A stretch of DNA of 43,220 nucleotides, taken from the IMG/VR virus record IMGVR_UViG_2563366806_000003, one strand, 5' to 3'. Below are positions 1 through 7,799 of this stretch, in pieces. The number at the start of each line of letters is the position of its first letter. Positions within the stretch are counted from its first letter, which is position 1. A program made the position numbers and the translations under genes. Below the pieces are notes generated by a model, which ran no database searches, was not told the origin of the DNA, and worked only from the letters and a program-made list of their open reading frames with translations. The stretch comes from a virus (Duplodnaviria > Heunggongvirae > Uroviricota > Caudoviricetes).

Positions 1-708
1 ATGTGGGTCAATAAGTATATTGACGATTGCACTGATGAGGATTTAAACGATCGTGACTTTATTGCATCAGTTGTTGACCGGGCTATTTTTCATTTCGCGA
101 TTAATAGTATATGTAATCTTGGGGATAATAAAGATGCAATGCCCATTGAACAATGTACTTTTGATGTAGAAACTAAGAATGACCTTCCCTCCACGGTTCA
201 GCTATTTTATGAGGAATCTAAGGATAATGAACCTTTAGCGAATATACATTTTCAAGCAATAGGTTCTGGTTTTTTAACGTTTGTTAATGCCTGCCAGGAA
301 CATGATGACAACAGCTTAAAATTATTTGCTTCGCTGTTAATTTCACTTTCATATTCTAGTGCCTACGCAGATTTATCAGAAACAGTGTATATTAATGAAA
401 ATAATGAGAGCTACCTGAAAGCTCAGTTTGAAAAATTATCTCAACGTGATATGAAGAAGTACCTGGGAGAGATGAGGCGTCTGGCTGATGGGGGAGAAAT
501 GAATTTTGATGGCTATCTGGATAAGATGTCACATCTGGTGAATGAAGGAACGCTCGATCCTGATATTTTAAGCAAAATGCGAGATGCTGCACCACAATTA
601 ATTAGCTTCGCGAAGTCGTTTGACCCAACCTCAAAGGAAGAGATTAAAATACTTACAGTCACTTCTAAATTAATTTATGATTTGTTCGGGGTTAAATCGG
701 AGAAATAA
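1..708 (+). CDS. yjbM: Uncharacterized host protein, 235 aa (YjbM-like), outside the prophage
   Basis: Complete ORF starting at base 1 and followed by an intrinsic terminator; position upstream of dusA and the 235-aa length match my recollection of E. coli K-12 yjbM. Protein sequence itself not independently recognised. Confidence 0.5.
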   Translation: MWVNKYIDDCTDEDLNDRDFIASVVDRAIFHFAINSICNLGDNKDAMPIEQCTFDVETKNDLPSTVQLFYEESKDNEPLANIHFQAIGSGFLTFVNACQEHDDNSLKLFASLLISLSYSSAYADLSETVYINENNESYLKAQFEKLSQRDMKKYLGEMRRLADGGEMNFDGYLDKMSHLVNEGTLDPDILSKMRDAAPQLISFAKSFDPTSKEEIKILTVTSKLIYDLFGVKSEK

Positions 709-748
709 TATGTGAAGTTCTTCGATAGTATGGAAGGCATTATATAAA

Positions 749-778
749 AGGACCCAATATTTATTGGGTTCTTTTTTC
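749..778 (+). terminator. Rho-independent terminator after the yjbM-like gene
   Basis: Hairpin gacccaata/tattgggt followed by a T-run (cttttttctc). Confidence 0.6.
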
Positions 779-1070
779 TCTATCAATGCTATTAGCAGGG
801 AGATATATCACCAGAGTTTAATGTGTGATTTTTTATTTATCGTCGAACCTGGATTGTTTATCATTGGCCTTAACAAAGTTAACGGCTAATAAGATTATTT
901 CCATCACTTCGTGAGAGCTTCATGCCTTGAGAGGATCTCAATTTTCTTTTGCAATGAGACAGGCGCTTCCTGTTGTTATGGTATAGTACCTCGCTATTGA
1001 GCCTCCTGAACAGTGATGCTGAATAACATAACCCCATGATATATCGATAAAATAATCTCTACATTTGAAA

Positions 1071-1193
1071 ATGCACGGTAATTCTGAAATGCAAAAAATC
1101 AACCAAACCAGCGCAATGCCTGAAAAAACTGACGTTCACTGGAGTGGTCGGTTTAGCGTTGCACCAATGCTCGATAGGATGTACCGTTTTTGA
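1071..1193 (+). pseudogene. dusA: Displaced native 5' fragment of dusA (first ~35 codons, then out-of-frame phage DNA and stop); attL side
   Basis: Translates MHGNSEMQKINQTSAMPEKTDVHWSGRFSVAPMLD, paralogous to the N-terminus of the intact dusA at 41807; similarity ends after atgctcga (1167-1174). Confidence 0.8.
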
Positions 1194-1318
1194 AAAACAA
1201 GTAGTTATACACTTTGTGGGAGCCTATTGGGAACCCGGTGTTTTCATTTCAAGGTGTAATCCATGCCGGGCATCAGAATGAGATATAATGAGATTTTTAG
1301 TGTTCCGCTTGAGAGTCT

Positions 1319-1855
1319 ATGATGCTTACCCTAGACGAGATAGGTCAATCTGTACGTAACAATATCCAGTTGATTATTGATCATGTCGGCTTACCTCTTG
1401 CTGTTGGTCCGCTCAGTGATGATGATTACAAGATTCTGTGTGGTGGCTATGGTGAGCTTGAATGGGACTATGCGTTAAGCACCTATGGCAACTCCAGAGA
1501 AAAGTATGAGTTCTGCATAAAACTTGTTCAGCAAGGTCGGGTTCAGGGAATACCATCAGGAGCAGCAATTTGTGTTTATGGGGTTGAAGAAAACATCTTT
1601 CGTATCCATATGATCGAAAGGTTTTCTAGAGAAGATGAATCTCACCCATTGAAAGGGCGCATGGTTTTACTCACTCTTATGAGTGCTTTTATATTTTGTA
1701 AAGCTGTTGAATGTAAAGTTGTCCACATTGTAGAGCCAGTACCAGAACTGGTGCAGTATTACGAGTCTTTTGGTTTCCGCATGGAACAGTGCGGTTATGT
1801 GATGTCTGCAGTCATTGATGAGCTGCAGGATATCTTTCTTAAATTTGCTCAGTAG
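1319..1855 (+). CDS. Hypothetical cargo protein, 178 aa, weak GNAT-fold-like C-terminus (…YYESFGF…)
   Basis: AT-rich ORF just inside attL, opposite in orientation to the adjacent phage early genes; function not recognised. Confidence 0.5.
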   Translation: MMLTLDEIGQSVRNNIQLIIDHVGLPLAVGPLSDDDYKILCGGYGELEWDYALSTYGNSREKYEFCIKLVQQGRVQGIPSGAAICVYGVEENIFRIHMIERFSREDESHPLKGRMVLLTLMSAFIFCKAVECKVVHIVEPVPELVQYYESFGFRMEQCGYVMSAVIDELQDIFLKFAQ

Positions 1856-2051
1856 GTATAGACGAGAAGGGTCTACAAATTGTAGGATACCCGTCCAGAT
1901 TACCTTAAAGGTACATCTATGGCAGTCGTTTTGTGCTTAAACTACTAAGAAACGATGTCACCAATCGACATGATCGATTGGCATAAGTTAGCGAAACAAG
2001 CTAGCTTTAAAGAGAGGGTTAGAGACGCCTTTACTGTCTCGGGAGTTTTCT

Positions 2052-2225
2052 ATGAAAGATCAAAAAGCAACCAAGCCACAGGTTAAGTTCGACACAATGA
2101 AAGCATTCGCAGGTATGGGTGCTGCTGTTGAAGTTCTGATGAAGGCTGCTCCTAATGCGTTCACTCACGCTACTGTCTCTGGTAAAGAGCAGCAGGGTAA
2201 GCTTCGTCGTCGCAAAGCAGCATGA
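2052..2225 (+). CDS. Small hypothetical protein, 57 aa, basic C-terminus
   Basis: ATG preceded by GGAG at about -8; followed directly by a strong intrinsic terminator; upstream perfect palindrome ccaatcga-N5-tcgattgg (1961-1981). Below the 60-aa cutoff of the ORF track. Confidence 0.4.
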   Translation: MKDQKATKPQVKFDTMKAFAGMGAAVEVLMKAAPNAFTHATVSGKEQQGKLRRRKAA

Positions 2226-2244
2226 TCATAGCTGGTGCTTTTTG

Positions 2245-2272
2245 AAAACCCGCCTTTAGGCGGGTTTTTTCT
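2245..2272. terminator. Bidirectional intrinsic terminator (acccgcc-ttta-ggcgggt) between the small + gene and the leftward early operon
   Basis: GC hairpin flanked by an A-run upstream and a T-run downstream. Confidence 0.65.
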
Positions 2273-2554
2273 TTAGTGATGTTCTTTGCCCTTCTGTTTG
2301 CTTGTTCTGACCTGTTCCCACTCGATACGTCCTTCTTCTCGTCTTTTGTCTATGTATTCCGCAAGATCCTGAATATTGATGCAACGTTTTGCTTTTTGTG
2401 ATGTGCCGATGCGATATGTTGGAACGGGCAACTTACAAGCGTTTGCTTTTGCTTCTGCCGTGGCTGGACTCATGCCAAAGTACTTTTGGCTAACTGCTGA
2501 GAGTTCAATGTTAGGGGTATTGAATTCAGCCATCAGTAAAAACAAGGTGTTCAT
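2273..2554 (-). CDS. PrtN-family DNA-binding protein (excisionase-like / pyocin-activator-like regulator)
   Basis: MNTLFLLMAEFNT… resembles PrtN-family proteins; internal ATG at 2552-2554 preceded by GGAG; the track ORF extends to a GTG at 2581. Confidence 0.55.
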   Translation of the reverse strand: MNTLFLLMAEFNTPNIELSAVSQKYFGMSPATAEAKANACKLPVPTYRIGTSQKAKRCINIQDLAEYIDKRREEGRIEWEQVRTSKQKGKEHH

Positions 2555-2590
2555 AATTTTCTCCATCAAAACCGGCTGCACCCGGGAAAA

Positions 2591-3163
2591 TCATAATTCT
2601 GTGCTGGTGGCAGGAATTAATTTCTGCCAGATAGCGGAAACATATTTTGCCTGATGACGAGCATCAGCCAGGGCGTTGTGCCGTTCGCCATCGAAAGGCA
2701 TGTCCATTTTGGGGGCGAATCCGATGGAACGCCCAAGCGTAACGATCGTGCGTACATCGTGGTCATTCCAGTATGCCCACGGGCAGATTTGTCCTGCTCG
2801 CTCATAAGCTCCACGTAAAATTACGTTGTCGAAGGTGGCCCCGTTACCCCAGACTTTTAAATATTTTGTATTGTCTGCATGCTGATTAATGAAATGGCTC
2901 AGTTCAGAGAGTGCATCGCTGATCGACAAAGTATCATCAATACAGATTGCAGCTCGTGCTTCAGGGCTCTGTTTCAACCACCACAGGATGGTATCGCCGT
3001 CAGGTGTGGCCCCTTGCTCCATAGCACTTTCCAGGCTGACAACCGTATAGAATTCTTGTCCGATGTCTCCGGTTTCTGGGGTGAAGAACACCGCGCCAAT
3101 GGAAACGATTGGTGCATCCTTATTTTTCCCCATCGTCTCAAGGTCGATCATTAAGTTGTTCAT
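2591..3163 (-). CDS. DnaQ-like 3'-5' exonuclease
   Basis: MIDLETMG…GAV…, WGNG…FD and H…ALADA motifs typical of DEDDh exonucleases; AGGAGG 7 nt upstream of the ATG. Confidence 0.7.
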   Translation of the reverse strand: MNNLMIDLETMGKNKDAPIVSIGAVFFTPETGDIGQEFYTVVSLESAMEQGATPDGDTILWWLKQSPEARAAICIDDTLSISDALSELSHFINQHADNTKYLKVWGNGATFDNVILRGAYERAGQICPWAYWNDHDVRTIVTLGRSIGFAPKMDMPFDGERHNALADARHQAKYVSAIWQKLIPATSTEL

Positions 3164-3645
3164 CACTTCACCTCCTGCTGTGGTGCTGCTGCAATCATCG
3201 CGCGGTATGCAGCCTGCATGTCGTTGTCATCATCGTCTGTGTACGGAGCCGAATCCCATGCTGCACGCATATCCGGAGTAAGCTCAACCGGCACCATCAC
3301 CCAACCATCCGGAATCACCGGACAGTTGCCGCTCACAGCCTCCTGAAAGCGTCCAAGCTCCACGTACTCCTGACATGACCACCCGCCATCAATAAAATCG
3401 CGAGCTTCAACAGCGTCGAAAGTGAACGATGTTACACCTCCAGTTGGTGAGGTTAAGCCGTACAGGTCTGCTACCAGCTTAAACTGTGTGGCTGTTATGG
3501 TGCCCTCATTGGCGAGGGTACCATCCGCTTCGAGTGATGCCAGCGCGATACGCGCCAGTGCAGAAGCCTCACCACATTGAACGTGGTCAGTTTCGATAAT
3601 TTGCTGTAACTGCTCTTTGGTGAATTCTTTGGTGATAGTGCTCAT
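3163..3645 (-). CDS. Hypothetical phage early protein, 160 aa
   Basis: ORF in operon context with coupled start/stop overlaps; no recognised motif. Confidence 0.5.
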   Translation of the reverse strand: MSTITKEFTKEQLQQIIETDHVQCGEASALARIALASLEADGTLANEGTITATQFKLVADLYGLTSPTGGVTSFTFDAVEARDFIDGGWSCQEYVELGRFQEAVSGNCPVIPDGWVMVPVELTPDMRAAWDSAPYTDDDDNDMQAAYRAMIAAAPQQEVK

Positions 3646-3646
3646 A

Positions 3647-4783
3647 TCACTCCCCCTTCACGCCAATGCCAGCGGCGCGGTCAATACGTTCAATTTCTGC
3701 CAGAATAAGAGCGCCAGCTTTTACTAAGTCGCGGCGTGCTCCTGATTGCTTCCACCAGTCAGGAGACCACGGCCAATGTGCTGGAGTGGAGAAACCTTGG
3801 TTGTGCGCATGAATTGCGTAACAAGCCGCTGCATCTGCTAATTCGCTATTTTGATATGCGTTGTCATGTTCAGGAGTCCATCCTTCAACCGACTGTTGCC
3901 GCTGGCGTTCTGCTACCACATCAAGAATTGCGGGATTGAATGCGCCCCCCTCCAGTTCTGCTATGCGCTTCTCTGCGGCTTCCAACTCATCCAGCATCGC
4001 CAGCACGGTAGTGGGGTTTGCTGCGGAGTTCAGCGCGTTCAAGGCAGTGATATCTGCATCAAGCTGAGTTCCTTCTGCCAGTGAGATATCGAAAATGTCA
4101 TCAGGCGGCATAACACTAAGGCGCTCATGTTCGCCAACTGCTGCCGCTGCGATTTCACGCAGCGCCTGTTTGTCGATGTTGCTCATTGGACTGCCTCCTT
4201 TACGAAGCTGTTCGGCGATATCTTCGAGAACGCCATCAGAGAATGAGCGATCAAAATGGCTTTCCGGCGCATTAGTCATAAACTCAGTAGAGGTAAGGAT
4301 CATCCGGGCAATATCCGCGGCGTTCTTCGCAGTATCATCAATAAAACCAGCTTTCCAGGCTGCCAACATTCTGTTCGCCACAAAATAAGCGCCTTCCTTG
4401 CGTGCTTCAGTCTTCCCTTCAGCCAGAAAAGCATCGGTGGCTGGGGTTTTGATTTCGTTAAGCGCATCACTGAATCCACCACGCTCCATACCTAGCTCTG
4501 CTTCGTAATCGGCATCGAATGCAGCGTCTTTGCAGAACTTCTTCAGCTTTGCATTCTCCGCAGCCAGCGCTGAAAACTTCTCGTGTGCCAACTTAACAGC
4601 TGCATCAGCCTGCTTAATTGACTCAATCGCTTTCTGGTGGTCTTCGTACAGAGCCGAAATCTTGGCCTCCGCTTCAGCAAATTTACGCACCAGATATTCA
4701 GCGTTTGTTTCGTTCACTTTCAGATCTCGCGGTACACATTTCCCGCGAAGAAACCCTTCCATTTCGAAAACATTCATGCGCAT
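3647..4783 (-). CDS. Ead/Ea22-like early protein with coiled-coil region and DUF550-like (possible nucleotide pyrophosphohydrolase) C-terminal domain
   Basis: 378-aa ORF; C-terminal …EGWTPEHDNAYQNSELADAAACYAIHA… resembles the DUF550 family common in lambdoid early-left regions (recalled, not searched). Confidence 0.5.
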   Translation of the reverse strand: MRMNVFEMEGFLRGKCVPRDLKVNETNAEYLVRKFAEAEAKISALYEDHQKAIESIKQADAAVKLAHEKFSALAAENAKLKKFCKDAAFDADYEAELGMERGGFSDALNEIKTPATDAFLAEGKTEARKEGAYFVANRMLAAWKAGFIDDTAKNAADIARMILTSTEFMTNAPESHFDRSFSDGVLEDIAEQLRKGGSPMSNIDKQALREIAAAAVGEHERLSVMPPDDIFDISLAEGTQLDADITALNALNSAANPTTVLAMLDELEAAEKRIAELEGGAFNPAILDVVAERQRQQSVEGWTPEHDNAYQNSELADAAACYAIHAHNQGFSTPAHWPWSPDWWKQSGARRDLVKAGALILAEIERIDRAAGIGVKGE

Positions 4784-5337
4784 TTGCGTAACTCCGATAA
4801 CTCGTTAAAACGTTCCATAAACATCCCATAGGCATGGCCTGGCGACAGTGGAATAACTTTGAACATCTCTGTTGCCGGGATACCTTCCAGTACAGGCCAG
4901 AAAGAGCCATCATCAAGCCCGAGATCGCGGCGTTCGGTTGCCAGCATGATGAGATCGGCATATTTCACGGGCGTACTCATAACCGGGGGTAACCCGTATT
5001 TCTCACGGATTACGGCGTCTATTTTTTCTTCCATCCGTTTATAGTCAGGAAGAAGGCGTTTCAGTGGTGCGGGAATGTCCTGGCAATACGCTTCTGTTGC
5101 ATCATGCATTAACGCTTCAAAAGCAAATTCGTGCGGTACCAGCTGGCTGCAAAGCACCGCATGTTGGGCGACGCTGTAGAAGTGTGAAAGATGTCCTGCA
5201 AAGCGACAGATATTTGAAAGGGAAACCGCGATATCGTTAATAACGATGTCATCTTTATTTATCCTGTCATAATAAAAATGCTTCCCGGAAAAAGTTTTAA
5301 TAAATGACATTTTGTTCTCCACGTATATGCGCTGCAC
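4774..5337 (-). CDS. HD-domain phosphohydrolase (YfdR-like 5'-deoxynucleotidase)
   Basis: …AQHAVLCSQL…EALMHDATEAY… HD-type motif pattern; same position and order as yfdR in the CPS-53 yfdP-yfdQ-yfdR cluster. Confidence 0.65.
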   Translation of the reverse strand: MQRIYVENKMSFIKTFSGKHFYYDRINKDDIVINDIAVSLSNICRFAGHLSHFYSVAQHAVLCSQLVPHEFAFEALMHDATEAYCQDIPAPLKRLLPDYKRMEEKIDAVIREKYGLPPVMSTPVKYADLIMLATERRDLGLDDGSFWPVLEGIPATEMFKVIPLSPGHAYGMFMERFNELSELRKCA

Positions 5338-5437
5338 CGCGCTGAATTCTGGTAAAAAGAATCCCTCACCATCCGGCGATTATTGAGTAAATTACGTTTC
5401 CATAAATGCCCCCGCAGGGGCATTTGCAGTAATGAAA

Positions 5438-6262
5438 TCAGGCGGTGAAAGTACCAATAAAGGTTTCTACTTTGCTGTCCTTGAATTTCTCAACAAGCAG
5501 ATCACGAAATTCGTTAGCCATTTCTTCCTGCACCGCCTCCAGCTGAATAATGCGCAGAACCAGTACCGGACGATCGCCAGTGATAATGCTGAGGCGTAAT
5601 TTAAACGGACGTTCTTTCAGACCTTCAAACGGAATGCATTTAAATTCAAATGCCACTGGCATAATGTCTTTGGTCTTCGCTTCGACAGACTCCATCAGGG
5701 AGCGTTTGCCGCTGAAGTCATTATCTTCAAAATCAGCGGTCTGGTTTGCTTCAATCGTGATTTTACGGACCGCCGCAGCCGCTTTTGTTGCCTGAATGGT
5801 GTCACCATTAGCATCAAAGCCCACAAGGTAGTCGGCCCAGTCTTCAATCCATTCTGCCAGTGATTTCTGGGAGTTACGCTCGCCATTAACAGACAACAGA
5901 GCAGAGAACGGTGCTGTCTTTTTCAGTTTGAGAGTGGCGGTGTTATCTGCGTGACCTGGTTCATCAATAGTACCCAGGTTAAGCACACTGACGGCACGCA
6001 TATTATCAGCATCGATAAAGCAGCGGGTGCCTTCATCTGCAAGATCTTTAGAATAACGGGTAAAGTCATCGATGCTGGCAGTGGAAAGCGCACCACGGAA
6101 ACGGAAGCGATTTAAATTAAATTTTTCCAGATCATGAATGCGGAAATTCTCAGGCAATGCCACAGCATCGGCACCAATCTTACTGATAATTTCATTAACA
6201 CCCTGAGCAGAAATAAGGGCATGGATTTGATTAATTGCGGTTGCGTCTAAGTTCTGAGACAT
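5438..6262 (-). CDS. YfdQ-family (DUF2303) phage protein
   Basis: 274-aa ORF of the same length and context as E. coli prophage YfdQ. Confidence 0.6.
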   Translation of the reverse strand: MSQNLDATAINQIHALISAQGVNEIISKIGADAVALPENFRIHDLEKFNLNRFRFRGALSTASIDDFTRYSKDLADEGTRCFIDADNMRAVSVLNLGTIDEPGHADNTATLKLKKTAPFSALLSVNGERNSQKSLAEWIEDWADYLVGFDANGDTIQATKAAAAVRKITIEANQTADFEDNDFSGKRSLMESVEAKTKDIMPVAFEFKCIPFEGLKERPFKLRLSIITGDRPVLVLRIIQLEAVQEEMANEFRDLLVEKFKDSKVETFIGTFTA

Positions 6263-6327
6263 AATAAGTCCTCACTATATAAAGATATTCAGTGATGAGA
6301 TAAATAATCAGTTAATTAAGAACGATA

Positions 6328-6690
6328 TTAATGACCTGCTGCGCGGAGTTTTCCGTCAGGTTCACCGGCAAGAGTCAGCAACTGTCCCTGGTCTTCCTGC
6401 AGAATAGTCAGGCGACCACCGCGATTGACATACATCGGCGTTTCGGTGGTGTCTTCTTCGGAAATTTTCCCGCGGTTAGTCGGGCGAACATATGAGAGTT
6501 TGTGTTTGATTTTCACTCGGTTCTCATCAAACGGTTCGATTTCCAGGTTGAGCGAGACCTTACCTTTGGTTTTCGTGTTCATCACACCGGAAGCGACTTC
6601 ACTGAGAACTGCGCCGATTTTGGTTTCAAATACGCCGCCGTCCAGCTCCCCGATAAATGCCTGCACATCAGTACTGCGTTCGCTAGCCAT
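6328..6690 (-). CDS. Hypothetical phage protein, 120 aa (YfdP-like by size and position)
   Basis: Start MASERSTDV… preceded by GAGGAG; the 226-aa track ORF upstream extension runs into GC-rich structured non-coding DNA and is not credible. Confidence 0.5.
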   Translation of the reverse strand: MASERSTDVQAFIGELDGGVFETKIGAVLSEVASGVMNTKTKGKVSLNLEIEPFDENRVKIKHKLSYVRPTNRGKISEEDTTETPMYVNRGGRLTILQEDQGQLLTLAGEPDGKLRAAGH

Positions 6691-6719
6691 TTTGCTGCTC
6701 CTCATCATATCGACCCTGC

Positions 6720-7125
6720 AAGGTCGGTTAGTTTCTCCACAAAACAGAGAAGAACACCTGCGGTGACTGCCGCCCGGATGGATTGGGTTATGAGCCCGTC
6801 GTCCGGTGATGCTCTTCTCTGTTTTGTAAAAAGGACGGTACCAGCCGGAAGCAATGGTACAAGCTGGTACCGCCAAGACTACACACAGCATAAAGTTGTG
6901 GTGCCGGGTGCCTCCCGGTGCCTGGCGAAGGTTGCACACCAGGCGGGTGGGTATCCACAGAAGGTCGACTGTCAGCCTCAACCTTAACCCGCGTGCGCTG
7001 AGCCGCATTCACCACAACGCTAAGGATTCTCTCTGGTTGAAAATACTTAGCTGTTATGTGCCTGTCTTTTCACCACTTCAGGCTCGGTGGTATCCTTTTA
7101 AGCCCGTATACATAAAAGGAAAATC
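6720..7125 (-). other. GC-rich, highly structured non-coding region (candidate ncRNA or cis-regulatory RNA structure)
   Basis: 15-bp perfect inverted repeat caaaacagagaaga (6739-6753 / 6813-6827), second stem ggtaccagc/gctggtacc (6837-6871), further GC-rich palindromes; ORFs here on both strands have non-protein-like composition. Confidence 0.3.
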
Positions 7126-7127
7126 AA

Positions 7128-7373
7128 ATGACTTTTGATGAAAAAGAACTTGATAATGCAATTAATAAAATCATCGTAACGTCGCTCTTTTCCTGTCTCA
7201 GCGACACTCAGCAGAAACAGTTCTACGAATCGGCTTTCAACATGATCGAGCGTTGTTGTTTCTGCGATGCCGACGAGTTACCTGAAAAAATCAGGAAACA
7301 GTTGGCTGATGCTCTTCGAGTGCGACTTTCTGACCAATTTTCTGAAATGTGCTCTCCGAATTTGGACAAATAG
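7128..7373 (+). CDS. Hypothetical small protein, 81 aa
   Basis: Strong RBS (aaaaggaaaatcaaATG), protein-like sequence; overlaps convergently with the 7291-7566 ORF, so only one may be real. Confidence 0.35.
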   Translation: MTFDEKELDNAINKIIVTSLFSCLSDTQQKQFYESAFNMIERCCFCDADELPEKIRKQLADALRVRLSDQFSEMCSPNLDK

Positions 7374-7566
7374 AAAAAGGCCATTTCCATTCAGGGTCTG
7401 ATGGAAATACTTCAGCCTGTTCCAAAGCACGGCGTAAAGAGAATACAACTCCAGCCATAATCTGATGTTTCCCATTGGTCCAGCTATCGCCGCTCTGATC
7501 TACAGGAGCGGCTATGTCGTATGACCAAACGACTTCACCACTATTGTTTAAAATCTGGACTTTCAT
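7291..7566 (-). CDS. Hypothetical protein, 91 aa, first ORF downstream of the leftward early promoter
   Basis: GGAGG about 12 nt upstream; position equivalent to the first pL gene; its 3' part overlaps the + ORF and contains a terminator-like hairpin. Confidence 0.35.
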   Translation of the reverse strand: MKVQILNNSGEVVWSYDIAAPVDQSGDSWTNGKHQIMAGVVFSLRRALEQAEVFPSDPEWKWPFSICPNSESTFQKIGQKVALEEHQPTVS

Positions 7567-7684
7567 TTTGTTCTTTAACCTCCAGATACGGGCGTTTAAT
7601 GGCCCCGCCGAACAGCTCTTTTCCGCAATAGCTGCAATGTCTTTCGCGCATCAGCCTGCGCATTCACCACAACTCTAAAAACAA

Positions 7685-7737
7685 ATGTAGGATATCCAAC
7701 ATGTGAGTGTCAAGAGTTTATGTTGGTTATCCTACAT
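7685..7737 (-). promoter_or_regulatory. Left operator/promoter region (OL/pL-like): two 18-bp palindromic operators flanking a TTGACA -35 on the minus strand
   Basis: atgtaggatatccaacat (7685-7702) and atgttggttatcctacat (7720-7737); same operator/-35 arrangement as the rightward promoter at 8488-8516. Confidence 0.55.
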
Positions 7738-7753
7738 AAAAAGATAGGCTCAT

Positions 7754-7779
7754 AAAAAAACCGGGGATACCCCGGTTTT
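7754..7779 (-). terminator. Intrinsic terminator downstream of the repressor gene
   Basis: ccgggg-atac-cccgg hairpin with a T-run on the minus strand. Confidence 0.65.
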
Positions 7780-7799
7780 GCGATAGTGAGGAAGATGTG

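Noticed and set aside
6328-7008. 226-aa minus-strand ORF extending upstream of the 120-aa gene, plus overlapping ORFs 6425-6766, 6502-6987, 6788-7015 and 6854-7138
   Set aside because: Arg/Pro/His-rich, non-protein-like composition on both strands over a GC-rich palindromic region; the credible start is the ATG at 6688-6690 with a GAGGAG RBS. Region treated as structured non-coding DNA.
7383-7412. Hairpin after the stop of the + ORF 7128-7373 as its terminator
   Set aside because: No T-run follows it on the + strand; the U-run is on the minus strand, so it can only terminate leftward transcripts.
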